This document shows positions 28,171 to 37,359 of a DNA stretch of 64,000 bases, one piece after another; positions within the stretch are counted from its first letter, which is position 1; each line of letters starts with the position of its first letter. A model generated the notes under the pieces. The model saw only the letters and a list, made by a program, of their open reading frames with translations. It ran no database searches and had not been told where the DNA came from. The position numbers and the translations under genes are program-made. This stretch comes from Gemmatimonadota bacterium. GTDB taxonomy: Bacteria; Gemmatimonadota; Gemmatimonadetes; Palauibacterales; KS3-K002. Location of the stretch: the NCBI GenBank assembly GCA_039586795.1, contig JBDHJS010000006.1, positions 9,408 through 73,407 of the forward strand, given 5' to 3'.

Positions 28171-29141
28171 TCTTCGAGTCGCCCTGGGCGTTCTCCCTGC
28201 TGGGCATCTTCCCCCTCTGGTGGCTTTGGCGCAAAGAACTCGGCGGTTTCCGCTACTCCCGCGGCGACGTCGCGGCACGTTCCGGTCGGCGGGTGAACCG
28301 CTGGATCGGCTCGTTGCCCGCCGTTCTGCGCGGACTTGCCGTGCTGACTCTCATCGTGGCGCTCGCTCGCCCGCAGACGGGTGTCGCCACGGAAGAGGTG
28401 GAAGCGGAGGGGATCGCTATCGCGCTGGTGGTCGACATATCGAGCTCGATGCTTGCCCTCGATATGCAGCCACTCGACCGACTCGAGGTCGCGAAGCGTA
28501 CGGTGCTCGAGTTCGTGATGAACCGGGAGTACGATCGAATCGCGCTCGTCGCGTTCGCCGGCGAGGCGATGACCCAGGTGCCGTTGACCATTGACTATCA
28601 GGTACTCGAGGAATCGATCAACAACCTCCAGGTCGATTTGCTGGAGGACGGTACCGCCATCGGTACCGCGTTGGCCACGGCGACGAATCGGCTACGTAGA
28701 TCGCCGGGCGCTTCCAAGGTCGTCATCCTGTTGACCGACGGTGAGAACAATCAGGGTGAGGTCGACCCGGTCACCGCGGCCCGCGCCGCGGCTGCCTATG
28801 ACATACGGACCTATACTGTGGGCGTCGGCAGCGAGGGCGTCGCGCCCGTACCGATCGGCCGCGGACCGTTGGGCACCGAGTACGCGAACATGCGCGTCCG
28901 ACTCGATGAAGATCTGCTGCGTCGCATCGCATCGATCACCGGCGCGCAGTACTTCCGCGCAACGAACGCAACGGCTCTCGAAGAGATCTATCGGCAGATC
29001 GACGAACTCGAGAAGACGCCCGTGAATGTCCGCCGCTATATCGAGTTCAGCGAGCATTTCCGACCGTTTGTCTTGCTCGCCTGCCTGTTCATCCTGGCGG
29101 AGTGGATGCTGCGCGTCCGCCGTTACCCGTTGTATGCGTGA
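28167..29141 (+). CDS. batA: vWA-domain protein BatA-like
   Basis: N-terminal TMs, then the vWA MIDAS region VVDISSSM ... LLTDGENN. Confidence 0.8.
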   Translation: MIFESPWAFSLLGIFPLWWLWRKELGGFRYSRGDVAARSGRRVNRWIGSLPAVLRGLAVLTLIVALARPQTGVATEEVEAEGIAIALVVDISSSMLALDMQPLDRLEVAKRTVLEFVMNREYDRIALVAFAGEAMTQVPLTIDYQVLEESINNLQVDLLEDGTAIGTALATATNRLRRSPGASKVVILLTDGENNQGEVDPVTAARAAAAYDIRTYTVGVGSEGVAPVPIGRGPLGTEYANMRVRLDEDLLRRIASITGAQYFRATNATALEEIYRQIDELEKTPVNVRRYIEFSEHFRPFVLLACLFILAEWMLRVRRYPLYA

Positions 29142-29172
29142 TGGTGCGATTGTCGTGTAATGGAGGTAGAGC

Positions 29173-30186
29173 GTGAGGATCGAATATCCGGTTTGGATCT
29201 GGCTGGGAATCCTGGCCGCTCTGGCGGGTATCGCCCTCGTCTACCTCTGGTACAAGCGACGACGCGCCGCACTCGATGCCCTGGGCAGTTCGGGAATGCT
29301 CGAACGCCTGACCCGCATCGATCTCTCGGGCACCCCATATCGGCGTGGCGCGCTGGTCGCCGCCGCCCTCGGTCTCATGGGCTTCTCCCTCGCCGGCCCG
29401 CAGTGGGGAGCGCAGGAGGTGGAGGAGCAGGCTCGCGCACTGAGCGTCGTCCTCGTGCTCGATATCTCCGAGTCGATGTGGGCGGAGGATGTAGCGCCGA
29501 ACCGCTTCGAACGAGAACGATTGCAGGGTCGCCGGCTCGTGACGGAGTTGGCCGGCCACCGGGTCGGCCTGGTAGCATTCGCCGGCTCCGCCTATCGCCT
29601 CTCACCACTGACCAGCGATCACGGGGCGCTGCAGCTCTATCTGGATGCCCTCGATCCATCGATGGCGGGCACGCCCGGCTCTTCGCTGGCGGCGGCAATT
29701 CGCCAGGCGGCTACCCTGCTGCGCGACGATACCGCCGAGGGGGGTGACCGGGCCATCGTGATTCTCAGTGACGGAGAATCGCATGACGAAGAGCGAGATG
29801 TTATCGATGCGGCTCGCGAAGCGGCGTCCGCGAACATCCGCGTCTACGCCATCGGCATCGGGAGCGATCGCGGCGAGCCGATCCCACGATACGATCGGGT
29901 CGGCGAGCGAATCGGCGGGTACAAGCGCGACGAGAACGGTGAAGTCGTGTTGACGCGCATGTCGTCCGAACCGCTGTCCGCGGCGACGCGGCGCGCTGGC
30001 GGATTCTGGGCTCGCTCCGATGAAGGTGGCGTGACCCGCGTGCTCGCCGCGCTGTCCGAGCTCGAGACGGGTCGGAGCGAAGTGACCCGCGGAGTGCGTT
30101 GGACGCCGCGCTTCCAGTGGTTCGTCGCCGGCGCGCTGCTCCTGCTGATCGCCGACTGGGGTTGGGCTTGGAGGCGCCAGCGATGA
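29173..30186 (+). CDS. batB: vWA-domain protein BatB-like
   Basis: VLDISESMWAED ... VILSDGESH is the vWA MIDAS region. C-terminal TM. Confidence 0.8.
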   Translation: MRIEYPVWIWLGILAALAGIALVYLWYKRRRAALDALGSSGMLERLTRIDLSGTPYRRGALVAAALGLMGFSLAGPQWGAQEVEEQARALSVVLVLDISESMWAEDVAPNRFERERLQGRRLVTELAGHRVGLVAFAGSAYRLSPLTSDHGALQLYLDALDPSMAGTPGSSLAAAIRQAATLLRDDTAEGGDRAIVILSDGESHDEERDVIDAAREAASANIRVYAIGIGSDRGEPIPRYDRVGERIGGYKRDENGEVVLTRMSSEPLSAATRRAGGFWARSDEGGVTRVLAALSELETGRSEVTRGVRWTPRFQWFVAGALLLLIADWGWAWRRQR

Positions 30187-30899
30187 GGACGATCGGGCTG
30201 GTCCTGCTGATGGGCGTCGCGCTGCTCGGTTTCCGACTCGCTACACAGGAAGAGTCGGGCAACCGGGCCTACCGCAACAGAAACTACCCGGGTGCGGTCG
30301 AGCGCTATCGCGAGGCTGTCGCTCGTGGCGGAGGCTCCGCACGGCTGCAGTACAACCTGGGGACGGCATTGCTGCAGATGTCCGAGCCGGAGGCGCGTGA
30401 GCGCTTGATGGAAGCATTGGAGGCGCAATCGCCTGAACTCCGCGCTCGCGCCTTCTATAACCTCGGCAATGCCCTCGCCCTCGGGTCGGGAGGAGCGCCC
30501 CCCAACGAAGGTGAGTTGCGTGCCGCCATCGATGCGTACCGCAGGTCGTTGCTGCTCGACCCGACTGGCGACAACGTGAGATGGAACCTCGAGCTGGCCA
30601 TGCGCCGCTTGGAGGATCGGCAGGGGAGCCCGCAGCAAGAAGGGCCGCCTCAGCAGTCTCCCAACGTACCTCCCCAGGGCCAGGGTGAAGGGCCGGAGCA
30701 ACCCAGGGGAGAAGGCCAGACCGCGCCTCAGCCGGGAGAGATGCAGCGACCTCGAGGGCAGCAGCTCGATTCTTCGGACGAGCCGTTCCCCCAGGAGCTT
30801 GCCGAGCAGATCTTGAGAGCGGTGGAAGAGCGTGAGCGGGCGCTGCAACGCGAGAAGCTGCGTCGTCAGCGCAGACGGACCAGGGGGCCCGACTGGTGA
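30183..30899 (+). CDS. batC: TPR-repeat protein BatC-like with a Gln/Pro/Gly-rich C-terminus
   Basis: The ATG at 30183 overlaps the batB stop. TPR-like YNLGTALL/FYNLGNAL repeats. The ORF-track start at 30099 lies in the batB overlap. Confidence 0.6.
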   Translation: MRTIGLVLLMGVALLGFRLATQEESGNRAYRNRNYPGAVERYREAVARGGGSARLQYNLGTALLQMSEPEARERLMEALEAQSPELRARAFYNLGNALALGSGGAPPNEGELRAAIDAYRRSLLLDPTGDNVRWNLELAMRRLEDRQGSPQQEGPPQQSPNVPPQGQGEGPEQPRGEGQTAPQPGEMQRPRGQQLDSSDEPFPQELAEQILRAVEERERALQREKLRRQRRRTRGPDW

Positions 30900-33325
30900 T
30901 CAAGAACCTCCTTCTGGTGCTTCTAGTGCCGACCCTGGGGCAGCAGGGCGAGGTGGAGGTGAGCGCCAGCCTCAACCGGCCCACAGCCAGCGTCGGCGAG
31001 ACCGTAGCGATGACCGTCACGCTGCGGGCGCCCGGTCTGCGCAGTTGGGAGATCGAGGATCCGACGTTCGAGTCACTGGAGCTGGTCTCATCGAACGACC
31101 GCAACACGTTCCGCTTCTCCGCCTCGCTGGGCGCGGTTCGCGAGTTGTCTCGCGAGTACACGCTCCGCGTTCTGCAGCCGGGTGAGATCACGATCCCGCC
31201 GGTACGCATCACCGTCGAAGGCGTGATCTACGAGACCGAGGCCTTGAGGCTGACGGCCGAGGCAGCCGGCACTTCGGCGGCGATCCCTAGGGGTGTTCGC
31301 CCGCGACCGGAAGAAGAGGTGGCGGTCCGGCTGTGGGCCGAGCCGGACACCGCCTTCGTTGGCCAGCAGGTCACCCTCACCGTGGGTGCGTTCTTCGATC
31401 CTCTGGTACGTAGTCGCTTGCAGCGTCAGCCCGAGTACCGGCCGCCGGACGTGCAGGGATTCTGGACGGCTGATTTGCCGGGCACTCCCCGGCCTGAACG
31501 GCGGGTGGTGAGTGGACGCGAGTACTTCATCCAGATCTACAGACGTGCGCTGTTTGCCCTCAGCCCGGGAACGATACGGATCCCGCCGGCCGCCGTGATC
31601 TACGAAGTGCGCCGCGGACTGATCTACGCGCCCGAGACGTTCCAGGTCGAGAGCGCCCCGGCATCGGTGGTCGTGTTGCCGCTTCCCGCGGAAGGTGCGC
31701 CCCCTGAATTCGCCGGCGCCGTCGGCCGCTACGAGACGGAGATCTGGTTCGACCGATCCGACCTGCGGGCCGGTGAAGCGGTGCACCTGTGGCTCGATGT
31801 TCAGGGCTCCGGCAACCTCAGCTCCCTCGCCCGGCCGACGATGCCCGAGGTGCCCGGGATGCGCGTTTACGACGGCGGTGAGGAAGCCGAGGTCCAGCTG
31901 CGGGGAACCGAGTTTGCTGGGCACAAGCGCTTCTCCTGGGTGCTGGTTCCCGAGCGACCCGGTCAATTCGTGCTGCCTGAATTGCGCTTGCCCTACTTCG
32001 ATCCCTGGGAGAGAAACTACGTTGTCGCCAGCACGGAGCCCGTGACGCTGAACGTCGAGCCGGCGCTCTCCGCCGGCGTCGCGCCGGCCACCGGAGGAAC
32101 CGCGGTTCGCTTCGTGAGGGCGGAGCCGGGAAGGCAGCCCGCCAACCTGCCGGACCGGCGTGGCTTCTGGATCGTCCAGATCGTTCCGCTCGCGATCCTC
32201 CTCGGTTCGCTGGCGTTCGGCCGCTACCGTGGCCGGATTCCGGCAGCGCGGCGCTCCCGGCCCCAGCGTCGTCAGCACGTGCTCCGCGAGCTGCGTCCGA
32301 TAGCCGAATCGGGCGACGCCGCCTTCTTCGGACAGCTGCGTGTGTCGATACTCGAGTGGTTGGCCACGCGGCTCCATCACCCTGGTTTGACCACGCAGGG
32401 GGCGGTGCAGGTTCAGCACGCGCTGGAGGACGCCGGCGTACCCACCGCACTGGCGCTCCAGGTCAATGACCTGCTCGAACGATGCGGCCGCCTGCGCTAC
32501 GCTCCGGATCCGCCCGGCGCCGAAATCGCTCTATCGACGCTGGCCGAGGCGGACAAGCTGATGTCGGCCATCGACCGCGAAGCGGTCTCGGAAAGACGTT
32601 TGCGAACGGCGCGTCCCGGAGGCTCGTCGGCGGCCGTAGGTCTGGCTCTGTTGTTGCTGCTGCCAGCACAATCGGCGGGGCAGAGATCGGACGAGCGACT
32701 GTTCCGCGATGGGGTGAGCGCCTATTCCCGGGCGTCGTACAGAGAGGCGGCGGAACTCTTCGAGCTCTACCTGGCTCGCCATCCTCAGGACCCGAACGCC
32801 CTCTTCAATTTGGGCGACGCCTACTACGAGTTGGGCGAGCGCGGTAAAGCGGTGGCCTATTGGGTGCGAACGCTACGCTTGCGTCCGCGCGACGAAGACG
32901 CTCGCTACAACCTCCGGATGATCGTCGGCGAAGACCCGGTCGTCGGAAGCACGCTCAACCCGTTGCCGCTGTCGCGCGACGAGATGGCGCTGCTCTTCTC
33001 GCTGTTCTGGATTGGCGGCTGCGTCGCGTTCATCCTCCGACGGCGCCGCCGAAAGGGGTTTCTCGCCTTCGCCGGCGGCACATCGATGCTGATCGCATTG
33101 CTCTGCGCCGCACTACTCTTCTATCCGCGCTCCGACTACGCGATCATCGCCAGCCACGAAGCCGTGCTGCGCGCCGGCCCCGTCCGCCAGAGCGAGATCC
33201 TCGGCTCGCCCACCCAGGGCACCGCCTATCGCGTGACCGAGCGCCGGGAGGAATGGCTGCGGGTTTCGAGGGGAGGGGACAGTGAGGGGTGGATTGAGGA
33301 GGGGCAGATTGAGTTGATTGACTAG
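30896..33325 (+). CDS. batD: BatD-like protein fused to a BatE-like TPR region, a TM segment and a C-terminal SH3b-like domain
   Basis: The N-terminal 560 aa are BatD-like. Then come TPR repeats (LFNLGDAYYELGERGKAVAYW), a TM segment (LFWIGGCVAFIL), and finally TQGTAYRVTERREEWLRVS...GWIEEGQIELID, which is SH3b-like. Confidence 0.65.
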   Translation: MIKNLLLVLLVPTLGQQGEVEVSASLNRPTASVGETVAMTVTLRAPGLRSWEIEDPTFESLELVSSNDRNTFRFSASLGAVRELSREYTLRVLQPGEITIPPVRITVEGVIYETEALRLTAEAAGTSAAIPRGVRPRPEEEVAVRLWAEPDTAFVGQQVTLTVGAFFDPLVRSRLQRQPEYRPPDVQGFWTADLPGTPRPERRVVSGREYFIQIYRRALFALSPGTIRIPPAAVIYEVRRGLIYAPETFQVESAPASVVVLPLPAEGAPPEFAGAVGRYETEIWFDRSDLRAGEAVHLWLDVQGSGNLSSLARPTMPEVPGMRVYDGGEEAEVQLRGTEFAGHKRFSWVLVPERPGQFVLPELRLPYFDPWERNYVVASTEPVTLNVEPALSAGVAPATGGTAVRFVRAEPGRQPANLPDRRGFWIVQIVPLAILLGSLAFGRYRGRIPAARRSRPQRRQHVLRELRPIAESGDAAFFGQLRVSILEWLATRLHHPGLTTQGAVQVQHALEDAGVPTALALQVNDLLERCGRLRYAPDPPGAEIALSTLAEADKLMSAIDREAVSERRLRTARPGGSSAAVGLALLLLLPAQSAGQRSDERLFRDGVSAYSRASYREAAELFELYLARHPQDPNALFNLGDAYYELGERGKAVAYWVRTLRLRPRDEDARYNLRMIVGEDPVVGSTLNPLPLSRDEMALLFSLFWIGGCVAFILRRRRRKGFLAFAGGTSMLIALLCAALLFYPRSDYAIIASHEAVLRAGPVRQSEILGSPTQGTAYRVTERREEWLRVSRGGDSEGWIEEGQIELID

Positions 33326-33357
33326 CTGTTGATGAGTGTGATTATGCCTTGGACATC
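33308..33357. repeat. Partial copy of family B repeat
   Basis: GATTGAGTTGATTGACTAGCTGTTGATGAGTGTGATTATGCCTTGGACATC aligns to the 52776-52816 core. Confidence 0.45.
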
Positions 33358-33385
33358 AAAAGTCAGGGATTAGAAGTCACTACCC

Positions 33386-33985
33386 TCACTCCTCGACCAG
33401 AGGCACAAACCGACACCGCGTAATAAACCGCTCCCGAAACGCGCCCCCCTCCCGCCGAATCTCATAAAGATCCTGATCCACCCTCCCACCCACCGGAATC
33501 ACAAGCGATGCCCCATCCGCCAATTGCTCCAACAACGGCTCCGGCACATTCGTCGCGCCTGCCGTCACCAGAATCCCGTCAAACGGCGCCTCCTCCGGCC
33601 AGCCTTTCGATCCATCCCCAACTCTAAACTCGATATTCGTGTATTCGAGCTCCCCTAGGACCCGACGAGCCTCGACCGCCAGCTCATCGAGCCTTTCAAT
33701 CGTGTAGACGCGCTCCACGATCTCGGCCAGGATAGCTGTCTGGTAGCCGCTACCGGTTCCGACCTCCAGGATCCGGCAGTCCGGCGTCAGCCGCAGCGCT
33801 TCCGTCATCGCCGCAACCATATAAGGCTGTGATATCGACTGGCTCGACCCGATGGGCAGTGCGGAGTCTTCGTAGGCAAAGTTGTAATGGGTGCCGGGAA
33901 CGAAGCGGTGGCGCTCGACGCGTTCCATGGCTGAGAGGACCCGGAGATCGGCGACACCACGGCGCCGGATCTGCTTCTCGACCAT
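33386..33985 (-). CDS. pcm: Protein-L-isoaspartate O-methyltransferase
   Basis: ISQPYMVAAMTEAL ... ILEVGTGSGYQTAILAE (SAM motif I) ... DGILVTAGA. Start at the internal Met (MVEKQIRRRGV). Confidence 0.8.
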   Translation of the reverse strand: MVEKQIRRRGVADLRVLSAMERVERHRFVPGTHYNFAYEDSALPIGSSQSISQPYMVAAMTEALRLTPDCRILEVGTGSGYQTAILAEIVERVYTIERLDELAVEARRVLGELEYTNIEFRVGDGSKGWPEEAPFDGILVTAGATNVPEPLLEQLADGASLVIPVGGRVDQDLYEIRREGGAFRERFITRCRFVPLVEE

Positions 33986-34128
33986 CTCCTGACGCGCTGC
34001 AGCGTGATCGTATTCGCTCAAGTTCTTGTTGCTCCGCTGGTCTGGCGGGCCTGCGTCATACTGAGAGGCTAGCTGTAGTTCCGCAAGCGCTTGACCCGGG
34101 ATCGGATCCGCCGATAGGTTCGACCGAA

Positions 34129-35184
34129 ATGAACACACCGAGCTCGAAACGAGTACGCCTCACTCAGTACAGTCACGGCGCCGGTTGAGCTTGTAAGCTA
34201 GGTCCGGCGGACCTGGCCAAAGCGCTCGAAGCTCTCGGTGGCACCAGCCCGACTTCAGAGGTGCTGATCGGCCTCGATGCCCCCGACGACGCCGCCGTAT
34301 ATGCTTGGGACGATGAGCGGGCGATCGTTTCGACCGTCGATTTCTTCACGCCGATCGTCGACGACCCGTACACTTTCGGGGCGATCACCGCCGCCAACGC
34401 GATGAGCGACATCTACGCCATGGGCGGCGTTCCCCTCTTCGCCCTCAACATCGTCGCCTTCCCCAGCGGCGAGCTCGATTCGGGTATCCTGACCGAGATC
34501 CTGCGGGGCGGCCGCGACAAGGCGGCGGAAGCGGGCGTCGCGATCATCGGCGGTCACTCCATCGACGACAAGGAGCCGAAGTACGGTCTGGCCGTCGTCG
34601 GCTCAGCGCCACCCGGCTCTCTGCTCCTTAAGAGCGACGGCCGGCCCGGCGACCGTCTCGTGCTGAGCAAGGCCATCGGGATCGGTATCATCGCCACGGC
34701 CATCAAAAGCGAAGCGGCGCCCAAGGAAACCGAGGATGCGGCCGTCGCGTCGATGCTCAAGCTGAACGATCGCGCCCTCGCGGCGGCGCGCCGTTACGAC
34801 GTCGGCGCCGTCACCGATGTGACCGGGTTCGGACTGCTCGGCCACCTCCACGAGCTGGCGCGTATGAGCGGGCTCGCCGCCCGTGTCGAGTCGAGTGCCG
34901 TCCCCGTTCTCCCCGGCGCCCGCGATCTCCTCGCCGCCGGCCACGTTCCGGGCGGCACGCGCCGCAACCTCGAGTTCGTGAATGGGCTGACTGACTGGGG
35001 GACCGATCTCGACGAGAGCGAGCGCACGCTGCTCTGCGATGCCCAGACCTCGGGCGGCCTGCTCATATCCGTATCCGCGTCGGACGCGCCGGCGCTCGTT
35101 CAGGCGCTGGTCGACGAGGGACACGCCGCCGCCGAGATCGGCGAGCTGTTCGACGGCGACGTCGGATCGATCGAAGTGCGATGA
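34129..35184 (+). CDS. selD: Selenide, water dikinase (selenophosphate synthetase) containing selenocysteine, encoded by an in-frame TGA at 34186-34188
   Basis: ATG at 34129 gives MNTPSSKRVRLTQYSHGAG-[TGA]-ACKLGPADLAKALEAL..., co-linear with the E. coli SelD N-terminus RLTQYSHGAGCGCKISP. The TGA is at the Cys17 position. The ORF track splits this gene into 33829..34188 plus 34261..35184. Confidence 0.8.
34197..34217 (+). promoter_or_regulatory. SECIS-like hairpin 8 nt downstream of the selD UGA
   Basis: GCTAGGTCC-GGC-GGACCTGGC has a 9-bp stem with one G-U pair. Confidence 0.4.
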
Positions 35185-35843
35185 ACGGGCCGCTCAGCAT
35201 CCGGGAGATTGCACGTCGAACCGGGGTGCCCGAATCAACGCTTCGTTATTATCGCAGCATCTTCGCCGAGCACATCCCCACCGACGGTGCCGGACGTAGT
35301 CGCCGACACCCGGACGATGCCGTCCAGGTCTTCAAGCTCATCTCCAGCATGTTCGCCAGGGGCGCCTCCCGGGCATCCGTTCGCGACGAGCTCGAGAGCC
35401 TCCGCCTCAACGGCGAGCCGCTGGTAACCCGCGGATCACCCGACGCGAACCCCCACGATGAGACCGCAACGCGCTACGAGATCACGCGGGCGGAAACCCA
35501 GCTGCCGAGACAGGATCTGGAAAGCCTCATCACCGCCATGCTGATTCGTGATCGCGAGCTCGTCACCATGCACCGCGAGCTCCTCGAGATGGCCGGCCAA
35601 CTGCTCCACGCCGTCGGCCGCCTCGCCGGCGCGCGCCCCGCCGCCCCGTTCGCCCCCGAAGCCGCCATCCCGCCACCACGAGAGGAAGAAACCGCCGCCT
35701 CACCCGACGACGACCCCCTCGAGCTAGAGAAACTCCGCCAAAGCCTGGCTAAAGAAAGGGATATGGTCGAGCGCCTACGACACGCCCGCCTGGAACTAGA
35801 ACAAAGACTGGCAAAACTGGAGAGAGAAAAACGAAAAGGCTAG
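35181..35843 (+). CDS. MerR-family HTH transcriptional regulator with a coiled-coil C-terminus
   Basis: LSIREIARRTGVPESTLRYYRSIF is a MerR-type HTH. It overlaps the selD stop by 4 nt. Confidence 0.6.
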   Translation: MNGPLSIREIARRTGVPESTLRYYRSIFAEHIPTDGAGRSRRHPDDAVQVFKLISSMFARGASRASVRDELESLRLNGEPLVTRGSPDANPHDETATRYEITRAETQLPRQDLESLITAMLIRDRELVTMHRELLEMAGQLLHAVGRLAGARPAAPFAPEAAIPPPREEETAASPDDDPLELEKLRQSLAKERDMVERLRHARLELEQRLAKLEREKRKG

Positions 35844-35844
35844 T

Positions 35845-35897
35845 TCCGGTTCCGCGAATCCAGAATGAGGGATTCGTTGAATCCACTTCGACAATTC
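35845..35897 (+). repeat. Family A dispersed repeat, solo forward copy
   Basis: TTCCGGTTCCGCGAATCCAGAATGAGGGATTCGTTGAATCCACTTCGACAATTC. It sits between the convergent MerR-like gene and trkH. Confidence 0.6.
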
Positions 35898-35906
35898 AAG
35901 AGCAAA

Positions 35907-37349
35907 TCACCGCCGCCAAAACTCCGGATGAAACAACACCAACACCGTATATATCTCCAACCGCCCCATAACCATCAACACACTCAACACAACCTTCCCC
36001 ATCCCCGGCATCCAAGCATAGTTCCCCGTCGGCCCCACCTCCCCTAATCCCGGCCCGATATTCCCAATCGCCGCCGCCGCCGCTCCCGCCGCCGTCACAA
36101 TGTCGACTCCCAGCACCGTCAACAGCATCGCTCCCACTATGAACGACGCCACGAACAGCAGCATGAACGCCAGGATGTTCAGGATCACGCCTTCCGGCAC
36201 CACATGTCCGCCTACCCGCGTCACCATCACCGCCCGCGGGTGCAGGTGCTTGCGCAGCTCCACCACGCCCTGCTTGAGCGCCGCCCAGAGTCGCAGCGTC
36301 TTCATGCCGCCGCCCGTCGAGCCCGCCATGCCGCCCACGAACATCAAGAAGAACAGCACGACCTGCGTGATGCCCGGCCAGATGACGTAGTCGGCGGTCG
36401 CGTAGCCCGTCGTCGTCCCGATGGAAACGACCTGGAAGGCGGACGCTCGGAAGATCTCCTCTACCGAGTCGTAGGCGCCGCTCACCAGGTGGGCTGTGAG
36501 CAACACGACGATACCCGCGGCGAGGATTAGCGAAAAGAAACGCCACTCCTCGTCGCCCAACATCGCCTTCAGGCTCCGGTTCTTGTAGGTCCGAAAATGA
36601 AGTGAGAAGTTGACGCCGGCCAGATACATGAAGACGATCGTCACGTACTGGTGATAGGCCGAGTAGTAGCCGATCGACTCCGTGCGCGGTGAGAAGCCGC
36701 CCGTTGGCATCGTGCCGAACGCGTGGCACAGCGCGTCGAACAGGCTCATGCCGCCGGCAAGGTACAGGACGGCCTGCGCCGCGGTCAGCGCCACATAGAC
36801 CCGCCAGAGGATCGACGCCGTCTGCCGGATCCGCGGCTGCAATCGCTCCGGCGTCGGCCCCGGCACCTCGGCGCGGAACAGCTGCATGCCGCCCACGCCC
36901 AGGTAGGGAAGCACCGCGACCACCAGCACGATGATCCCCATCCCGCCCAACCACTGGCTCAGGTCGCGCCAGAACAACAGGCCTTTGGAAAGGGAGCCGG
37001 GGTCGGGGAAGATCGATGCGCCGGTTGTCGTGAAGCCCGAGATCGATTCGAAGAACGCGTCCAGCGGTCCCGCCGCTCCGGCGATCCAGTAGGGAAGCGC
37101 CCCGAAGGCGGCGGCGCCGAGCCAGGCGAGGGTAACGATCAGGTAGCTCTCGCGGATCGTCAGGTCTTTGGGTCGCGGCGTCAATCGGTCGGCCGCCGTT
37201 CCCAGCACGATCGAGATCGCGCCGGCCTCCGCCAGCGCCAGCCAGTCCGAGCTTCCGTACAGCGCGGCCACGCCGGCGCAGGCCAGCATCGCCGCGCCGA
37301 CCGCGGCGACGATCAGGCCGACGATGTGGACGACCTTTAGCGCGCTCAC
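35907..37349 (-). CDS. trkH: TrkH/KtrB-family potassium uptake permease
   Basis: ESISGFTTTGASIF ... GTMPTGGFSP are selectivity-filter-like P-loops. Length 480 aa, polytopic. Confidence 0.85.
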   Translation of the reverse strand: MSALKVVHIVGLIVAAVGAAMLACAGVAALYGSSDWLALAEAGAISIVLGTAADRLTPRPKDLTIRESYLIVTLAWLGAAAFGALPYWIAGAAGPLDAFFESISGFTTTGASIFPDPGSLSKGLLFWRDLSQWLGGMGIIVLVVAVLPYLGVGGMQLFRAEVPGPTPERLQPRIRQTASILWRVYVALTAAQAVLYLAGGMSLFDALCHAFGTMPTGGFSPRTESIGYYSAYHQYVTIVFMYLAGVNFSLHFRTYKNRSLKAMLGDEEWRFFSLILAAGIVVLLTAHLVSGAYDSVEEIFRASAFQVVSIGTTTGYATADYVIWPGITQVVLFFLMFVGGMAGSTGGGMKTLRLWAALKQGVVELRKHLHPRAVMVTRVGGHVVPEGVILNILAFMLLFVASFIVGAMLLTVLGVDIVTAAGAAAAAIGNIGPGLGEVGPTGNYAWMPGMGKVVLSVLMVMGRLEIYTVLVLFHPEFWRR

Positions 37350-37359
37350 GAAGCTTCGC

